Below, piece after piece: positions 31,496 through 32,000 of a DNA stretch of 32,000 nucleotides; positions within the stretch are counted from its first letter, which is position 1, and every line of letters begins with the position of its first letter. The notes below the pieces were generated by a model that did no database searches, was not told the origin of the DNA, and saw only the letters and a list, made by a program, of their open reading frames with translations. The stretch covers positions 210,001 through 242,000 of the forward strand of contig JALHOH010000002.1 of the NCBI GenBank assembly GCA_022843095.1. Direction: 5' to 3'. Source of the DNA: Candidatus Saccharimonadota bacterium. GTDB taxonomy: Bacteria > Patescibacteriota > Patescibacteriia > 2-12-FULL-60-25. The position numbers and the translations under genes were made by a program.

Positions 31496-31898
31496 ACGAA
31501 GAAAAAACGGAAGTCAATGGATTCCATCCAATACCATCGGAGATGTTTACCACGAGCAAAAACAACGCAATCGGCGGCCAACCCATCCACAAAAGGACGA
31601 TCAGCGCGTAGACAAGCGCCTCAATCCCGAGTGCGATCGCGCGGAAGAAGATCACCACAAACCGCATGAGAACACTGATCAGACGACCGGACCATTCGTG
31701 TTCTCCGTACATCGGCACAAAGAAATGACGCAACCAAAGTGGGATTGCATAGGCACGTGCGCGATACCTGAGTCCTTGCCACCCCCAACGCGCGACCGCA
31801 ACCACGCCATCCGAATACCACCACACCGGAAAACGGACCACGCTCCCCGCAAGATCAACCACGGCAAACGAAAGAAGCGAACGCAGGGCCTGGGCCAT
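31485..31898 (-). CDS. Small Trp-rich membrane protein, overlapping or coupled to the Clp-like ATPase gene
   Basis: The product begins MAQALRSLLSFAVVDLAGSVVRFPVWWYSDG. C-terminal hydrophobic helices include VLMRFVVIFFRAIALGIEALVYALIVLLWMGWPPIALFLLVV. Its stop (31485-31487) lies 11 nt inside the Clp-like ORF. I chose ATG 31898 because TGgTATACT lies 8 nt upstream. The track start is 31925. Confidence 0.55.
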   Translation of the reverse strand: MAQALRSLLSFAVVDLAGSVVRFPVWWYSDGVVAVARWGWQGLRYRARAYAIPLWLRHFFVPMYGEHEWSGRLISVLMRFVVIFFRAIALGIEALVYALIVLLWMGWPPIALFLLVVNISDGIGWNPLTSVFSSYGS

Positions 31899-31906
31899 AT
31901 GGGTGC

Positions 31907-31915
31907 AGTATACCA
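31907..31915 (-). promoter_or_regulatory. Putative extended -10 promoter of the small membrane protein and Clp-like operon
   Basis: The minus strand reads TGgTATACT, followed by 8 nt and then ATG 31898. Confidence 0.4.
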
Positions 31916-32000
31916 AATGACGCATAAAAAAACTTCCCCGAACACGCCAATGTCGGAGAAGTCATCCACACGCGACAGAACCCGCGCGGCAACAGCGTTC

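Overview
This is a gene-dense, moderately GC-rich bacterial chromosomal segment. I call 30 CDS, 3 tRNAs and one candidate structured RNA. Most genes are housekeeping. They include an LCP-family gene, der, pth, dprA, topA, a short rel, parA/parB, a Kef-type antiporter and a DD-carboxypeptidase. They also include a VIT-family transporter, scpA/scpB, dnaB, ybaB, recR, rplU, and a WecA/TagO-like transferase coupled to a DUF192 gene. The compact genes, truncated Rel, zinc-less TopA tail, Pro/Ala-rich insertions and several large coiled-coil orphans suggest a Patescibacteria/CPR-like organism. That placement is inference only. I found no transposase, integrase, CRISPR array or recognisable defence system. 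All protein calls rest on motifs read from the translations; no database search was possible.

The candidates most worth follow-up, in order:
1. A membrane-tethered, zinc-ribbon Clp/Hsp100-like double AAA+ ATPase (28793-31495). It appears to lack both pore-loop tyrosines, the D1 Walker-B glutamate, the M-domain and a ClpP-docking loop. It is coupled to a small Trp-rich membrane protein.
2. A roughly 180-nt structured leader or ncRNA co-transcribed with a CAT-anticodon tRNA. Its promoter and leader hairpin are duplicated upstream of tRNA-Leu.
3. A tRNA-flanked orphan protein with kinase-like motifs.
4. Two very large coiled-coil envelope proteins.
5. Four phased ~22-bp repeats upstream of dnaB.
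6. A recurrent leaderless or very short-leader promoter architecture.
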